Numbered from the stretch's first letter, positions 18,844-30,250 are shown. The stretch is 64,000 bases of DNA from an uncultured virus (IMG/VR IMGVR_UViG_3300002231_000068) (IMGVR_UViG_3300002231_000068), one strand, 5' to 3'. Numbers and translations: made by a program. The notes: generated from the sequence alone by a model not told the origin.

Positions 18844-19152
18844 ATGGTACGCTGTAAGATATGCTCTAGAACTAGATGTAGGGGTGGTGCAAAAGGTGCA
18901 TGTTGGAGAAAATATCAACTATGCCCTGTGTGTGCCGTAACTGAACATCCAGAAGATTACAAACCAAACTTTATTCTAATGACTATGAGTAAAGCTGGTT
19001 ATTATAAGTCTGCAAGAAAAAGAAATAAAAACCATGTTGGTGGTTCTGTTAATAATATGAAGAACTATGGTAAAACTAATGAGTTTGGTAAAAGAGTTAT
19101 CTCTACAGACTATCTAAACAAACAAAAGTTTGAGGAGCTTAACCATGAATAG
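18844..19152 (+). CDS. Basic Cys-rich hypothetical protein
   Basis: CKIC and CPVC motifs. Confidence 0.55.
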   Translation: MVRCKICSRTRCRGGAKGACWRKYQLCPVCAVTEHPEDYKPNFILMTMSKAGYYKSARKRNKNHVGGSVNNMKNYGKTNEFGKRVISTDYLNKQKFEELNHE

Positions 19153-19268
19153 TTATGAACAATTAGAATATACCATGTGTTCTAACTGTAGTTTAGAAGT
19201 ACCAAAATGGATGATAGAAGGTGGTAAATGTAAACAATGCCGTGATTGGTTAGAGGAGGAAGAGGAAA

Positions 19269-21017
19269 ATGGCTAGAAACCGTGATTTATTATCTGACAA
19301 AGAATTCTTTCGTAAGACAGCTGATATTGCTGAGCATGTGAGAGAATGTAAGATTGATATATCTTATTGGGATGATGATAATAAAGTCATAGATAAAGAC
19401 CTTAATACAAAAAAAGAAAAAAGTAAAAATTATATTTTAAATGTAGCAACACCAGCCGTTAAAGGCTTAGAGAAGTTTACTGCATTTAATCATGAAATAG
19501 GTCATATTATGATGCAAACACCTATGCCAGAAATGAGAATGTTATTAGATAAATGGACTGAAAAAGATTCAACACGTTTAGCTCATGCAAAATATGATAT
19601 GATGTGGGATATGATGAATGTTCTTGAAGACCAAAGAATAGAATCTATGATGGCTAAGCTTTGGTTAGCAAACTCTAAGAGATTTGAAAAAGCAAGAAGA
19701 AATCTTGGTAAAAAATTCACAAGAGGAATGATACATAATAATCCAACTGATATATTATTAATGCATAGATTTTATAGAAGTGCATTAGTAAATGGAAAAG
19801 AATATAAACATTCAAAAGAGCTTAAACAATCATTAGATGATGTTATAGGAACTGGTAGACTAGGTGTATTGGTTGTAATGAGACGATTAAAACATGTTGT
19901 AGATGATTATTTTAAAGATTTTCAAAAGAAAATGGATAAAAAGGCATTAGAAACTCTTAAACAAGGTCATGGACAATTAACTAAAGGTGAACAAACACAT
20001 GAAAGAACTGCTGGTGATGGTAGAGATACTAGAGAATGCTCAAATAAACCTGAAGATTCAAAAACAGCCGAAGAGGATATAGAAGAAATAGCAGATTCAA
20101 CTATTGAAGAAGCTGAAGAATTACTTAATGAGTGGAAAAATGCTGGTGAAGATGAGGTTGAAGAGATAAGAGATTCTATGTCTGAAGAATCAACAAGTAG
20201 TGAACAACCAGTACCATCTTATGTTTTAAGAGTTAAAAGAGTACCAAGTAATAAAATAGATTTAGACGATGATACAGTTAATGGTTTAAAGAAAGTGTTT
20301 AGAGCAATCACTGAAAAATCTAGACCTGTAATAGGTTATGATGGTGATGAAATAGATATGGAATCATATATTGAGAATAAAATACGTGGTTATGATATGG
20401 GTAGATGTTTTAAAGACTTGAAAAAACATCAAAAAGCATCTGTTCTTATTAGTATCGATGGTTCAGGCTCTATGGAGAATGGTAGAATAGAAATTGCAAG
20501 GCAAATAGTCGCATCATTATTTGCTAGTGTTAAGCATTATCCAAATGTAGAGTTAAAAGCTAATGTTTGGTCATCTAATACTAGGGGTGGATGTAGGCAT
20601 TACTGACATCAATAACCTAGAAGAACTGTAAAAATAATAGTAACACAGAACGATAGTCAATGTATGATGACACCTACACATTTAGCCTTAGATTATTCAG
20701 CAAGGCAACTTAAGAAAATGAAAGGTAAACAGAAACTTATGATATTAATAACTGATGGGCTTCCACAATATCAAAATAATTTCTATACTTTAAAAAGAAC
20801 TCAACTTGCATCGATGAATAAAAAGGCTCTAAATAAAGCAAGAAGGTCTACATCAAACGTCATAATTGTCTCTGTAGGTATGAGTCAATATGGAAGATAC
20901 TTCTTAGAAGAATGTTTTGGAAGAAAGAGAATAATGAATGTGAATTCTATGTATGAAGCTTCTGATGTAGTTGTAAGTAAATTTCAACATTTAGTTAAGT
21001 CAACACTGTCAAGATAG
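19269..21017 (+). CDS. VWA-domain partner of the AAA+ ATPase with N-terminal HExxH domain (split by an indel near 20585)
   Basis: HEIGH, NVLEDQRIE, MIDAS IDGSGS in the first ORF; TP and ITDG in the second ORF (20664-21017). Confidence 0.8.
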
Positions 21018-21097
21018 TATGCATAATTTGCATACTATCGATACTATGCATACTGTATATAGTAAGCCTTTTATACATGCTACGTTTAAATACCCCT

Positions 21098-21439
21098 ATG
21101 AACGCAATGCAAAAACAAAAAATAAAAGACATTATATGTCATACAGTTGCTAATACTGATAGAAGTCGTGATGAATTGACATTTTCTAGAACAAAAGCAA
21201 TAAAGCGTATAATGGAACTTGAGCGTGATTTATTCATGCCCATGCATATACCGAGAGGTACACCTGAAGACCCAGATTACCCAGAAGAAATGGGTTATCG
21301 AGAATTTACACAAGAAGAGAAAGATAATTGTTCTTGTTCTAACTGTAAATACCCTATAAAATATTGGGAGGAAAAAGAAGATGATCAGCTAAAGAGGGAT
21401 TTAGCGTCGTTAGAGCATCTTTTAGCAAACCCAGTATGA
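21098..21439 (+). CDS. Hypothetical protein (start revised)
   Basis: Motif A at 21059, ATG at +39, motif B at 21082-21096 between them. Confidence 0.65.
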   Translation: MNAMQKQKIKDIICHTVANTDRSRDELTFSRTKAIKRIMELERDLFMPMHIPRGTPEDPDYPEEMGYREFTQEEKDNCSCSNCKYPIKYWEEKEDDQLKRDLASLEHLLANPV

Positions 21440-21714
21440 CATTCACTGAACGTGAAAAATTCATTTACCATGCTACAACATTGATGACAATGGATGTGTG
21501 TCGTAAACGTGATAAAAGTGGAAAAATACTAGATGTCAAAAGACTACTAGAAATGATAAGAAATAATAGATGCCGTAAATTATCAGATGATAATATAGGT
21601 GAAATCTATAATGACCTAGAAGAAGAAGTTCTTTTATCAACAAGTGTCTATGATATGGCTGAGGAGACCAAAAAAAACAGCCTTGGGAGGTTTTTTCGAG
21701 TTGGTGGAGGATAA
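21436..21714 (+). CDS. Hypothetical protein
   Basis: ATGA overlap with the upstream ORF. Confidence 0.6.
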   Translation: MTFTEREKFIYHATTLMTMDVCRKRDKSGKILDVKRLLEMIRNNRCRKLSDDNIGEIYNDLEEEVLLSTSVYDMAEETKKNSLGRFFRVGGG

Positions 21715-22144
21715 ATCCATGTGCCTCATTTGCATGAAAGAGGGTAATGTTGAGAAGATAGATAAGATAACTCTCTGTGCAGATTGTTATGTAAATGTAA
21801 CAAAAGGTATAGAAGAATATGAGGAAAACATAAAGAAAGACCCTAATTATTACAAAAGAAGTGATGGTTTACCTAGGGGTTTTAACTAATGTGTAATGGT
21901 CTATGTTTAAGATTCACCAAAAAATACTACGGTGATAACTATTATTGCCAAGAATGTGCATTATTTATACATGGGTCATATCTTCATAGAGAAGATTCTT
22001 CAATGAAAAGATTGAGATGTGGTTGTTGTAATGGTCTGGTAAGAAACAAACCAAAGCAATTTAAAATACAAAACACTATGCAAATAGTGAGAAAGGTCAC
22101 TGCTGAAGAACAAGATGTTGAAGACTGGTTTAAAAAATGGAAAG

Positions 22145-22405
22145 CTAAAAAAGACAGTCTTGAGTAGCCCAAGCAGTAAAAAATATCAATCTTTCTTCTT
22201 GCTCTTCATCCATATCATCATTTATACCCATTTTTGATAAACAGAAATGTATGAGTTCGTGTTGAATGGTGCTGTATAAATCAGATAATGTCTCATGATT
22301 GGTCAAATATATTAGGCATCTATTAGTCTCATCATAGTATATACCCCTATTTTCACCAAATAATCTAAAATCCACACTACATGAATCAGTCATATTGTCA
22401 GCCAT
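22145..22405 (-). CDS. Small HExxH (zincin-like) protein
   Basis: TIQHELIH...EEQEE motif. Confidence 0.6.
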   Translation of the reverse strand: MADNMTDSCSVDFRLFGENRGIYYDETNRCLIYLTNHETLSDLYSTIQHELIHFCLSKMGINDDMDEEQEERLIFFTAWATQDCLF

Positions 22406-22439
22406 ATGAATAAATTAAGAAGAGTTATATATTAAAACT

Positions 22440-22703
22440 TTGTGTTATATTACAGGTATGATTAAACGATTCTTTGATTGGTATGAGAGGCATATGGCTA
22501 AAAGCCTTATTATATCTGCTATAATCTTATATATGCAAATCCCACATTCGTGGTGGGCTTTGGAGTGTATTTGGGGTGAAGGTATTCTACATGGTCATGG
22601 TGTTGTTATTGATTTTTTCCTTTATGGTATTGATACCCTTGAAATGATACCTATAGTTGGTGTAACTTTAGCTATTGTGAGTAAAATTCGCCACAAAGTT
22701 TAA
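22440..22703 (+). CDS. Small membrane protein
   Basis: Two hydrophobic segments. Confidence 0.5.
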   Translation: MCYITGMIKRFFDWYERHMAKSLIISAIILYMQIPHSWWALECIWGEGILHGHGVVIDFFLYGIDTLEMIPIVGVTLAIVSKIRHKV

Positions 22704-23117
22704 TAGTTATACTAAAGCTTTAAATAGTATGAGCTTTGAAACACAAGAACCTCGATGGGAGGTCATAAATAATTTCTATGATGACCTTGATAAGAGTATC
22801 ACTGACTATTTTAACAAAGAGAAAATTTCTTATGGAGAAATAGAAATTGGTATGATGATGATGAAAGAAAAGATATTACAACAAAAAATAGAACTTATGC
22901 ATGAGTTTCTAAAGTCCAAAGATGCAGAAACAACATCTGGAACCAAGACAGAGGAAGCAGTTGAAAGACCAGAACCGAAAGACCTCTACAAATAACCCTT
23001 GGTCAAACAATAAAGATATAAATATTTTACAGCCATGCATTTTATGTAGAAATGAATCTTTATCGTTGACAAATGAAAGATATTGTGATGAGTGTTATAA
23101 AGAACTGTTATCGAATA

Positions 23118-23510
23118 TTATATTAGACCGTGGAAAGCTTCAATAACTTCTCTTCTTGACTCATCATTTAGTTTTTCTTTGAACACTGTAGGACAATCAT
23201 AAAACCATACATCAATTACTATATTACCAGACCATTCTAACATCTTTTTTTGAACGGTATCTCTCTGTGATTTTAACACACCAGTGTGGTCACCTCCATT
23301 AACTCTTACACATACACAATACAAAAAAGAGTCCAAAATAACTATATCAACAGATTCTTTCTTCTGTCTTTCTGATAGTCCTTCTGCATAGAACTCTTCA
23401 GATAATAGGTCTTTAAACTGAATTTGCGTTTGGTAATATGCGTCTTCTCCGAACAACTCTTTTACGACGGAGAGAACAGTCTTTTCTCCTTTTCCTATTA
23501 TAGGACTCAT
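23118..23510 (-). CDS. PD-(D/E)xK-like nuclease
   Basis: GKGE...VDIVI...VRVNGGDH...RDTVQK pattern of Vsr/DUF559-like nucleases. Confidence 0.55.
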   Translation of the reverse strand: MSPIIGKGEKTVLSVVKELFGEDAYYQTQIQFKDLLSEEFYAEGLSERQKKESVDIVILDSFLYCVCVRVNGGDHTGVLKSQRDTVQKKMLEWSGNIVIDVWFYDCPTVFKEKLNDESRREVIEAFHGLI

Positions 23511-23844
23511 ATTCTCGTACCAAAACCTCCCACTTTCTACCTGACACCTTCACATTTATAACTAGTGCTTTAATGTTATTTTTGTTTGACAGAAAATCAG
23601 TTATTGGTTTTGCTTGAGCCCATGCATTTGTTTTTATTTGAATTAGTATTATATTACCATCTGGGTCAAAACATATTCCATCAAATAAATTCCATAGGTC
23701 TAATGCTCTATACCATTCACCTAAAGTATAAACTAAATCTTGTCTTCTACCATGTGGTTTTAACCAAATATCATCATATCCTTTTGATAATAAATAATTG
23801 ACAGCCCTTCTGTTAGACTGTCGCATTCTTTCTCTAGGATTCAT
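23413..23844 (-). CDS. hjc: Holliday junction resolvase (Hjc-like)
   Basis: AVNYLLSKGY...FDGICF...ILIQIKT; adjacent to radA. Confidence 0.65.
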   Translation of the reverse strand: MNPRERMRQSNRRAVNYLLSKGYDDIWLKPHGRRQDLVYTLGEWYRALDLWNLFDGICFDPDGNIILIQIKTNAWAQAKPITDFLSNKNNIKALVINVKVSGRKWEVLVREYESYNRKRRKDCSLRRKRVVRRRRILPNANSV

Positions 23845-23979
23845 TGTCTAACCTCGAATGAAATTATGAGTGGCATCAATGCAGGGAAACGATTAGTTAA
23901 ACCTTGACATGCTTTTACATGGTGTTTTATGTTTATAGTCATGCTCTAGCCACACAAATGTGTTACGAATACAAAGTAT

Positions 23980-25050
23980 TTAATCTTCTTTGTCTTCAAT
24001 GCCTTTCACCGTAAGAGTAAATTCTGCATCTGCTTGTGGATGTTCAGGTGAATCTACCATACGAGCTATCCTTTTTTTGCCTGATTTCTTGAAATAAATA
24101 CGATAAGTAGCTGCATGACCTACTACATTTCCTCCTATAGGTTTTACAGGGTCTCCAAACATAACCGATGGGTCTGTTTGTACTTGATTTGTGTAAATAA
24201 CTGTTGTTCTAAAATAATATGATATGTTTTTGATATGTGTCATAAGTCTAGCAATTTGATTTTGTCTGTCTGCTAAGGTACCTCTACCTAAGTATTCTTC
24301 TCTAAATTGACCAATAGCACCATCAATTATTACAAGTCTAGGTCTTCTTTCTTCCATCATTGCTGATAATGAATTAATAGTTCCAAGTAATTGCTCTGTG
24401 TTAGGTGTATAATAATATTTGATACGAGACAATGCTTTTTCCATATCCTCTCTGGTTTCTACCATTTCATTGGCTTTCATTATTTCTAATATTCTGGTAG
24501 GTCTGAATGTGTCTTCACAATCAACCCAAACTACATTTTCTCCATCGTTTATAGCTTGAGCTGTTAGTGTATTACAGAATTGTGTTTTACCAGAACCAAA
24601 CTCACCATATACTTCATATGTACATTCTGGTCTTACACCCCCTCCAAATAATTCATCTATTGCTGTACATTTAGTTTCTAAGGTAGGGTAATTTGCCTGA
24701 TATTCCATTAAATCTATTACATCCATATCTGATTTTCTTATTAGATTATTATCTTCTAGTATTTTTTGTGCATTAAAAACCCAGCCATCTGCTTTGGCTT
24801 TTGTGACACCAGTAATCTCAGAGATTTCTCTACCTCCCCTAATACAGATATCAATGATGGATGAAACACCAAAGTCAGTTAATTTTTTGGCTGTTACGGC
24901 TCCTACACCGTCTAGTTGTGATATGCCAAGGTCAAGTACTTGTTGTTCTTCAACTTCAGTTTCTATAACTTTTTCCTCGACCCCAGACATGTTATCTTTA
25001 TCATCCTCTACCTTATAAGGCTTACTACTAGGTTTTTTTGTACGTGCCAT
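23980..25050 (-). CDS. radA: Archaeal recombinase RadA
   Basis: HhH LDGVGAVTAKKL, Walker A GEFGSGKTQ, EDTFRP, YLGRGTLADRQ, PIGGNVVGH, RMVDSP. Confidence 0.95.
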   Translation of the reverse strand: MARTKKPSSKPYKVEDDKDNMSGVEEKVIETEVEEQQVLDLGISQLDGVGAVTAKKLTDFGVSSIIDICIRGGREISEITGVTKAKADGWVFNAQKILEDNNLIRKSDMDVIDLMEYQANYPTLETKCTAIDELFGGGVRPECTYEVYGEFGSGKTQFCNTLTAQAINDGENVVWVDCEDTFRPTRILEIMKANEMVETREDMEKALSRIKYYYTPNTEQLLGTINSLSAMMEERRPRLVIIDGAIGQFREEYLGRGTLADRQNQIARLMTHIKNISYYFRTTVIYTNQVQTDPSVMFGDPVKPIGGNVVGHAATYRIYFKKSGKKRIARMVDSPEHPQADAEFTLTVKGIEDKED

Positions 25051-26999
25051 CTGCCATCAACTTTATTGTGTTTGTGTTCTCCCATCTATGAAATAGTTTG
25101 GTTGCTTCAAGATTTGATAATCCATTTTCTTCTAACTTTTTCATAAACTCTGTCAATTTAACCTTTCCGTTCTTATCTGCGCACTCAGACCATATCTTAT
25201 GATATTTTTGTTCTTTTGACATATTACCAGTGGTAAACAATTTAGATTGATTACCTCCTTGTGATATATCTATGTCAAAATGTGCATACATTGATATTAA
25301 TAAATCACGAACTGCTTTAATATCTTCTACTTCTACCTTACTTTTCAATCTCATTTTTGCATGAGCCATACTAAGTCTTACTAAAGCCTCAAGCTGTCTT
25401 ATGCCAACTGTAAATTGATCGTTAGATGATTGTCTGAGTTTTTCATAGATTCTAACAATTTCATCTCTCACCTCACGTGTAAGTTCTGGTGTAGATTTTT
25501 TTGCTAGATTAACAAATGCAGTTAACTCTCTTGCTGTGAATCTACATGTTTTATCTGGCTCGTTTGATTCAAACCCATCTAAAATATGATTTGCTTTTGC
25601 ATTATCTTCTACTAAGCTTACTTTGTCTTTTATTAACCTAGATTAAATCAAACCTAGATAGTAAAGGACTTGGTATGTTTATGTTATCCATCAATGTTAA
25701 ATTACTATCGTAATTACCATATTTTGGATTTGCAGCTGCAAGAATTGATGCTTTTGCATCTAGTGTTAGTGTAACACCAGCTTTAGCAATAGATACAGTT
25801 TGTTGTTCCATAGCTTCATGCATCGAACTTCTATCATCTTTATTCATCTTATCAAATTCATCGATAAATGCATGTCCGTTATTACATAGTGGTAATACAC
25901 CAGCTTGTGCTATCATTCTACCATCATGTAATTTCACCATACCGATTGTCAAACCAGCACTGGTTGTTCCTTTACCAGAAGTGTATATTGATTTTTGTGT
26001 TACTTCATTACCATATTTTAATAGCTCAGATTTTGCCATTGATGGGTCTCCTACTAGCAGAATATTAATATCTGCACGTTTCTTTGATGGTACACCCCCC
26101 AGTAATTGGAGTAAACATGATAGTTTAATGTCATCATACCCATAAATATGAGGCGCAAAACTGTTAATCAGTTTCTTAATAAAGTCTGTGTCACCTACAT
26201 CTTTTCTTATTGCTATTTCTTCTGTTTCTGATGGTAGTATTTCTTCTACATCATCTACGTCTATAATAGATAAAATGTCTATCAATACCTCATTTTCATC
26301 TTTCTTTGGGTCAATAATACTTCTAAATATACCTATAATATTTTTTCTTTGACCTACAAATGAAGTTCCTACTTGGTCTGCTGTTACTTTACCATAGAAT
26401 GTTATTGGTGAATTTTTAGTTGCGTCTTCTAATGGTTGTTGTAAAATTAATGTTTGTATATCCTCAGTAACTAATCCAGTTTTCTGAACATCCATCACAT
26501 TTCCTTTACATGATGGATTCATACATCTCATAGTAGGGCAATACTCTATCAAAAACCAGATTTTACATGTTCTACAGTAAAACACTCACTACATAAAACA
26601 TCAGCTTCTTTGATAAATGTTTTTGGTTGCGTCGGTTCCTATAATATTACATGTAAAACTAACACTTTCACCCTCCTTTTTAGCGTTGATATCTTCCATA
26701 CGCATACTTTTTTCGGATGCCAGTCTAATTTTCAATCTACTGAAAACTTTTGCTAAGTCTATACCTACATGTTTTACTTGTAATAGTTCAAATATTGCTC
26801 TTCTTGCATATGTGGTAAAATTACCCTCATCATAGAGAAATATATCTACCCATTCTGGATTAGATACATCTATTGTTAAAGTATCACTAGGTCTCAACCT
26901 ATCGATTAAATCTATCCATTCTCTATGTGAAAGAATCTCTTTTATTCTATCAACTTGGGCTGATTCAGTATATTCAGTGGTTTTTGTGTAATCACTCAT
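25028..26999 (-). CDS. mcm: MCM replicative helicase (broken into several ORFs by indels)
   Basis: FAPHIYG, LLVGDPSMAKSE, IDEFDKM, HEAMEQQTVSIAKAG, AAANPKYG, LLSRFDLI, RQLEALVRLS. Confidence 0.92.
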
Positions 27000-27325
27000 C
27001 TTCTCTCACCATACATACGAATCATATTACCCAGTTGATCATGTCTGCTTTGTAACTTATTAAAGTCATTATGAGACATGGTTCTTACTTTTTCCTCCCA
27101 TTTTTTTATAGGTGCATAAAATAGAGGCAAACTGGCTTCTACGTCTTTTTCTGCAAAATCTAGAAGGTTAGAATTATTACCATGACCTTTGACATATTCA
27201 TCAGCAATACTTGCTATGAATAATGACATACTCATATGAGCTGGTCTGATTTTATCTAACTGTTCAAAAATCTTCTGAGCATTGGCACCTACAGATATTG
27301 TAACTGTGCTTCTTTTGAATTGCAT
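26996..27325 (-). CDS. Putative ribbon-helix-helix DNA-binding protein heading the mcm-radA-hjc operon
   Basis: Alternating beta strand STVTISV, then helix, then SMSLFIASIADEY; motif-A promoter 38 nt upstream. Confidence 0.55.
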   Translation of the reverse strand: MQFKRSTVTISVGANAQKIFEQLDKIRPAHMSMSLFIASIADEYVKGHGNNSNLLDFAEKDVEASLPLFYAPIKKWEEKVRTMSHNDFNKLQSRHDQLGNMIRMYGERR

Positions 27326-27404
27326 ATCATATTTATGATAAGCATAGATATAAGGCTTACTATGAGATAACTAACACTTAGCTAACTAACTTAACTACAT
27401 TAAC

Positions 27405-27611
27405 TTAGTTAAGAATTTCTTTTCCAAGTAAGACTTCTTTTTGTAAATCTATAGCAGTTTGTTCTGTTAAAGTTACTTCTTCTGGTAAATCTAAAGATGG
27501 TTGTACCTCTCTCTTTTCAAAACCATTTATAAAACCTTGTACTTTTGTGTGTTCTACTAGTGTCATCATCTCTTCTCCTTTTGAGTTTTTCCATGTAATT
27601 TTGATAAACAT
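27405..27611 (-). CDS. Hypothetical protein
   Basis: Motif-A variant at 27649; start 38 nt downstream. Confidence 0.6.
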   Translation of the reverse strand: MFIKITWKNSKGEEMMTLVEHTKVQGFINGFEKREVQPSLDLPEEVTLTEQTAIDLQKEVLLGKEILN

Positions 27612-27962
27612 AAAGCCTTTACAGAGAATGGGTATTTAAGATTTACTATGATTCATTTATAAAAAAAAGATTGGGTTCGCTTATAAGTCTTTTAGTGTGT
27701 AGACTGTAGCGCAACCACAACGACATTTCTCACCATCAATTTCTTCACGACCCTTAAGAGATTGAATTGCCTCTCTAACTCGTCGAGGGTCTATTTCTGT
27801 ACACGCTTTATATAAATCACCAGCAGTGCATCCATATTTACCTGATTTTTTGATGCTTGTATAAACTGCATTTTCTTTCTTTCTCGTAAGCTGGTATTTT
27901 CACGTTTGCATTGAAACTATCCTTTGTTTGCTGTCCTTGACCTTTACGGACTTGGCGTTGTC

Positions 27963-28811
27963 TCATATATGACCACTTACCTTGCCAGAATATGGGTCAA
28001 ATGACATAGTTATGGTTCCAGTTTGACCTCCTACGAGACCATTCTTTCTATCCATATAACCGTCTACTCCATCTGTAGTAGTTGCTTGGAATGAACCAGT
28101 ATTTGCTAAGTGTATAGAGCGTTCTTCACACTTACCAGCATCCCAGTTAAAATCATTCACTATTTCTGTATGATACCTCTTTTGATGTAGGTGCCCACAC
28201 AAAAACACATCAGCATACCAGTTTTTCTTCATATCTCTCAACATAGTCTCAGGCTGTCCTCCACCAGTACCGTGCATTACTGCAACAGTCCATTCGTTAA
28301 GAACTTTACCCTTATATTGTATCGATATACCCAGCATTGCCCTACTTCCTATGAAGTCGAGACCATTTGGTCTACACATTAGATTCTCAATATATGTTTT
28401 ATTGAGTTCTCTAATTTTATATTCATGATTTCCATGAAGTAAACCTAGGACTTTTTCATTTCGTGTTATAGGATAAACAAACTTGTTCCATTTCTGTCTA
28501 GCTTCTCTTTGAATTTCAAAAATTGGCTCATGAGCATCTTGCCAGTTTTGTCTCTGGTCATCAATCTCATGTGTTAGAACTGAATCTGGATTATATCTCT
28601 TATCATAAATATTAATCGCATCAAGTTGGTCACCCATAAACAAGGTGATTCTGTTTTTTGCTTTTGCTATTCTTTTGACTGCTTTATTAATGAGTGACAC
28701 ATCTGTACCGATGTGACCGAAGTGTTCATCTCCTAGAGGTTCTAGGTGTAATAATGAATCAATCTTTAACCCCATTTGATAAAGGTCTAGAATTATTTTT
28801 TTGCTATACAT
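27963..28811 (-). CDS. Calcineurin-like metallophosphoesterase
   Basis: GDEH, GDQLD, GNHE, HG and GHLH motifs. Confidence 0.88.
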   Translation of the reverse strand: MYSKKIILDLYQMGLKIDSLLHLEPLGDEHFGHIGTDVSLINKAVKRIAKAKNRITLFMGDQLDAINIYDKRYNPDSVLTHEIDDQRQNWQDAHEPIFEIQREARQKWNKFVYPITRNEKVLGLLHGNHEYKIRELNKTYIENLMCRPNGLDFIGSRAMLGISIQYKGKVLNEWTVAVMHGTGGGQPETMLRDMKKNWYADVFLCGHLHQKRYHTEIVNDFNWDAGKCEERSIHLANTGSFQATTTDGVDGYMDRKNGLVGGQTGTITMSFDPYSGKVSGHI

Positions 28812-28874
28812 TTTTCGTTATTAGTTGTACGAATCACATACTTATAAGCATTACTATACCTAGTTAAGGCGCTT

Positions 28875-29189
28875 TTAATCTAGTGTTGATTCTTTAGTTT
28901 CTGTTGCAATGACAGAATTTCTTTCAGCTTTTAATTTTTTGTAATATGCTTTACGTCTCATATCATTTTTATATCCATCAGGTAAATGATGTATGCATGG
29001 TTCTGCTAATGTATAAGTTCCACATGAATCACATTCTTTTTGTATCGACTCTAAAGCCTTCTGAACTTTTCTTTGATAAATTGGGTCATCCCAATTATAT
29101 TTTCTCTTACCCTCTTTATATACAGGCTTGTAATCTTTAATAGGTTTCCATTTTCCATTAGGTAGTTGTTCAAATTTAACCATTACCAA
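28875..29189 (-). CDS. Basic Zn-binding hypothetical protein
   Basis: CDSC...CIHH. Confidence 0.5.
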   Translation of the reverse strand: MVMVKFEQLPNGKWKPIKDYKPVYKEGKRKYNWDDPIYQRKVQKALESIQKECDSCGTYTLAEPCIHHLPDGYKNDMRRKAYYKKLKAERNSVIATETKESTLD

Positions 29190-29463
29190 ACACTCCCCTT
29201 ATCACTACAGTCCATTTCTGCTCCACAATTTGGACATCTTAAATGACATGCACTTAAACTACCCATTTCAAAATCACATTTAGGACACATATGTTTAGCC
29301 TCTTTCTTCTTCATCTAATTTCTCCACAAATGGTTCTAAAAATCTAACTAATCTCATAATAGTATTTGGATTTACACCACTGGCTACAGATAATTTTTTG
29401 TATGTTATGTACCCTTGATTTCCATATTTTCGAGTCATGATTATCATAATAAAAAAAGGAAAG

Positions 29464-29802
29464 TTAGGATGATTTTTTTGGTTGAAACATACTTAAACTT
29501 AACATAGGTCTGCCAGTTTTTTCTGCTTCCATTTCAACCACCCAACAATCTAAGCCATCCGATGCATCTTTTTTGACACACTCTTTTACGGCTTTAATCC
29601 AATAATCAGATTTTGCTTGACCGACTATTGCTTTACCGAAAGAATGTCTCATACCGTTAGTGGTTGTAATTTCAGCCACATCTGCATCTAAATCTTCAAC
29701 ATGTTTTATCTTGAAGTTTTGGACAACTATTTTCTCTCCCACGGTTAGTGGAGTAGAACTACCTGTATTTGAATCTATTTCTAGAACTTCTGATACGTGC
29801 AT
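29464..29802 (-). CDS. Hypothetical protein (start revised; possible OB-fold/ssDNA binding)
   Basis: Motif A at 29840, ATG 38 nt downstream; beta-rich pattern; function is a guess. Confidence 0.5.
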   Translation of the reverse strand: MHVSEVLEIDSNTGSSTPLTVGEKIVVQNFKIKHVEDLDADVAEITTTNGMRHSFGKAIVGQAKSDYWIKAVKECVKKDASDGLDCWVVEMEAEKTGRPMLSLSMFQPKKSS

Positions 29803-29836
29803 ATAGTATGTTATATCAACTAATATATAAGACTTA

Positions 29837-30250
29837 CTATTCAGATGTTCCGTTTGCTTTTGCAACCACAACACCAGCAAGATGAACTAATTGATTTAAA
29901 ACAGTCTGTCTAATCATTCCAAATCTGTCACTGTTTACATCCTCTTGAGGATAAACATTTTTGGTTAACTCATGTGCCTCTCTAAAATATTGTTTCCACA
30001 AACCACCAATAATTTTAGTGTCTTCTGATATTTGAACCTCTGGAACTTTTGTAATTATTATGTTCGCTGGGTTACCAAAACCAGTACCAGTTCTTGGTGT
30101 ACTAAGACTTCCACCTTGCTGTGAAAAGCATTCTAGGTCTATGCATATAGCTTTAGGTGTCTTTTGATAACAAATTTCATCACCGACAGCCCATTGATTT
30201 CCACATATCTTACAATTTCCATCAAATTTTGCCTTTATTTTCGTGCCCAT
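29837..30250 (-). CDS. Zn-binding hypothetical protein
   Basis: KAKFDGNCKICG...GDEI...CIDLEC; motif A at 30288. Confidence 0.6.
   Translation of the reverse strand: MGTKIKAKFDGNCKICGNQWAVGDEICYQKTPKAICIDLECFSQQGGSLSTPRTGTGFGNPANIIITKVPEVQISEDTKIIGGLWKQYFREAHELTKNVYPQEDVNSDRFGMIRQTVLNQLVHLAGVVVAKANGTSE

Noticed and set aside
17862..21017. cobS/cobT cobalamin-synthesis auxiliary genes
   Set aside because: Motifs show only a generic MoxR-type AAA+/VWA pair; no cobN or other cobalamin genes are present.
25028..26999. mcm as a pseudogene, or split/intein-containing gene
   Set aside because: Breaks look like single-base indels in homopolymer runs, and similar breaks hit VWA, tail-tip, neck and fibre genes; the sequence also contains Ns. 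Sequencing error is the simplest explanation.
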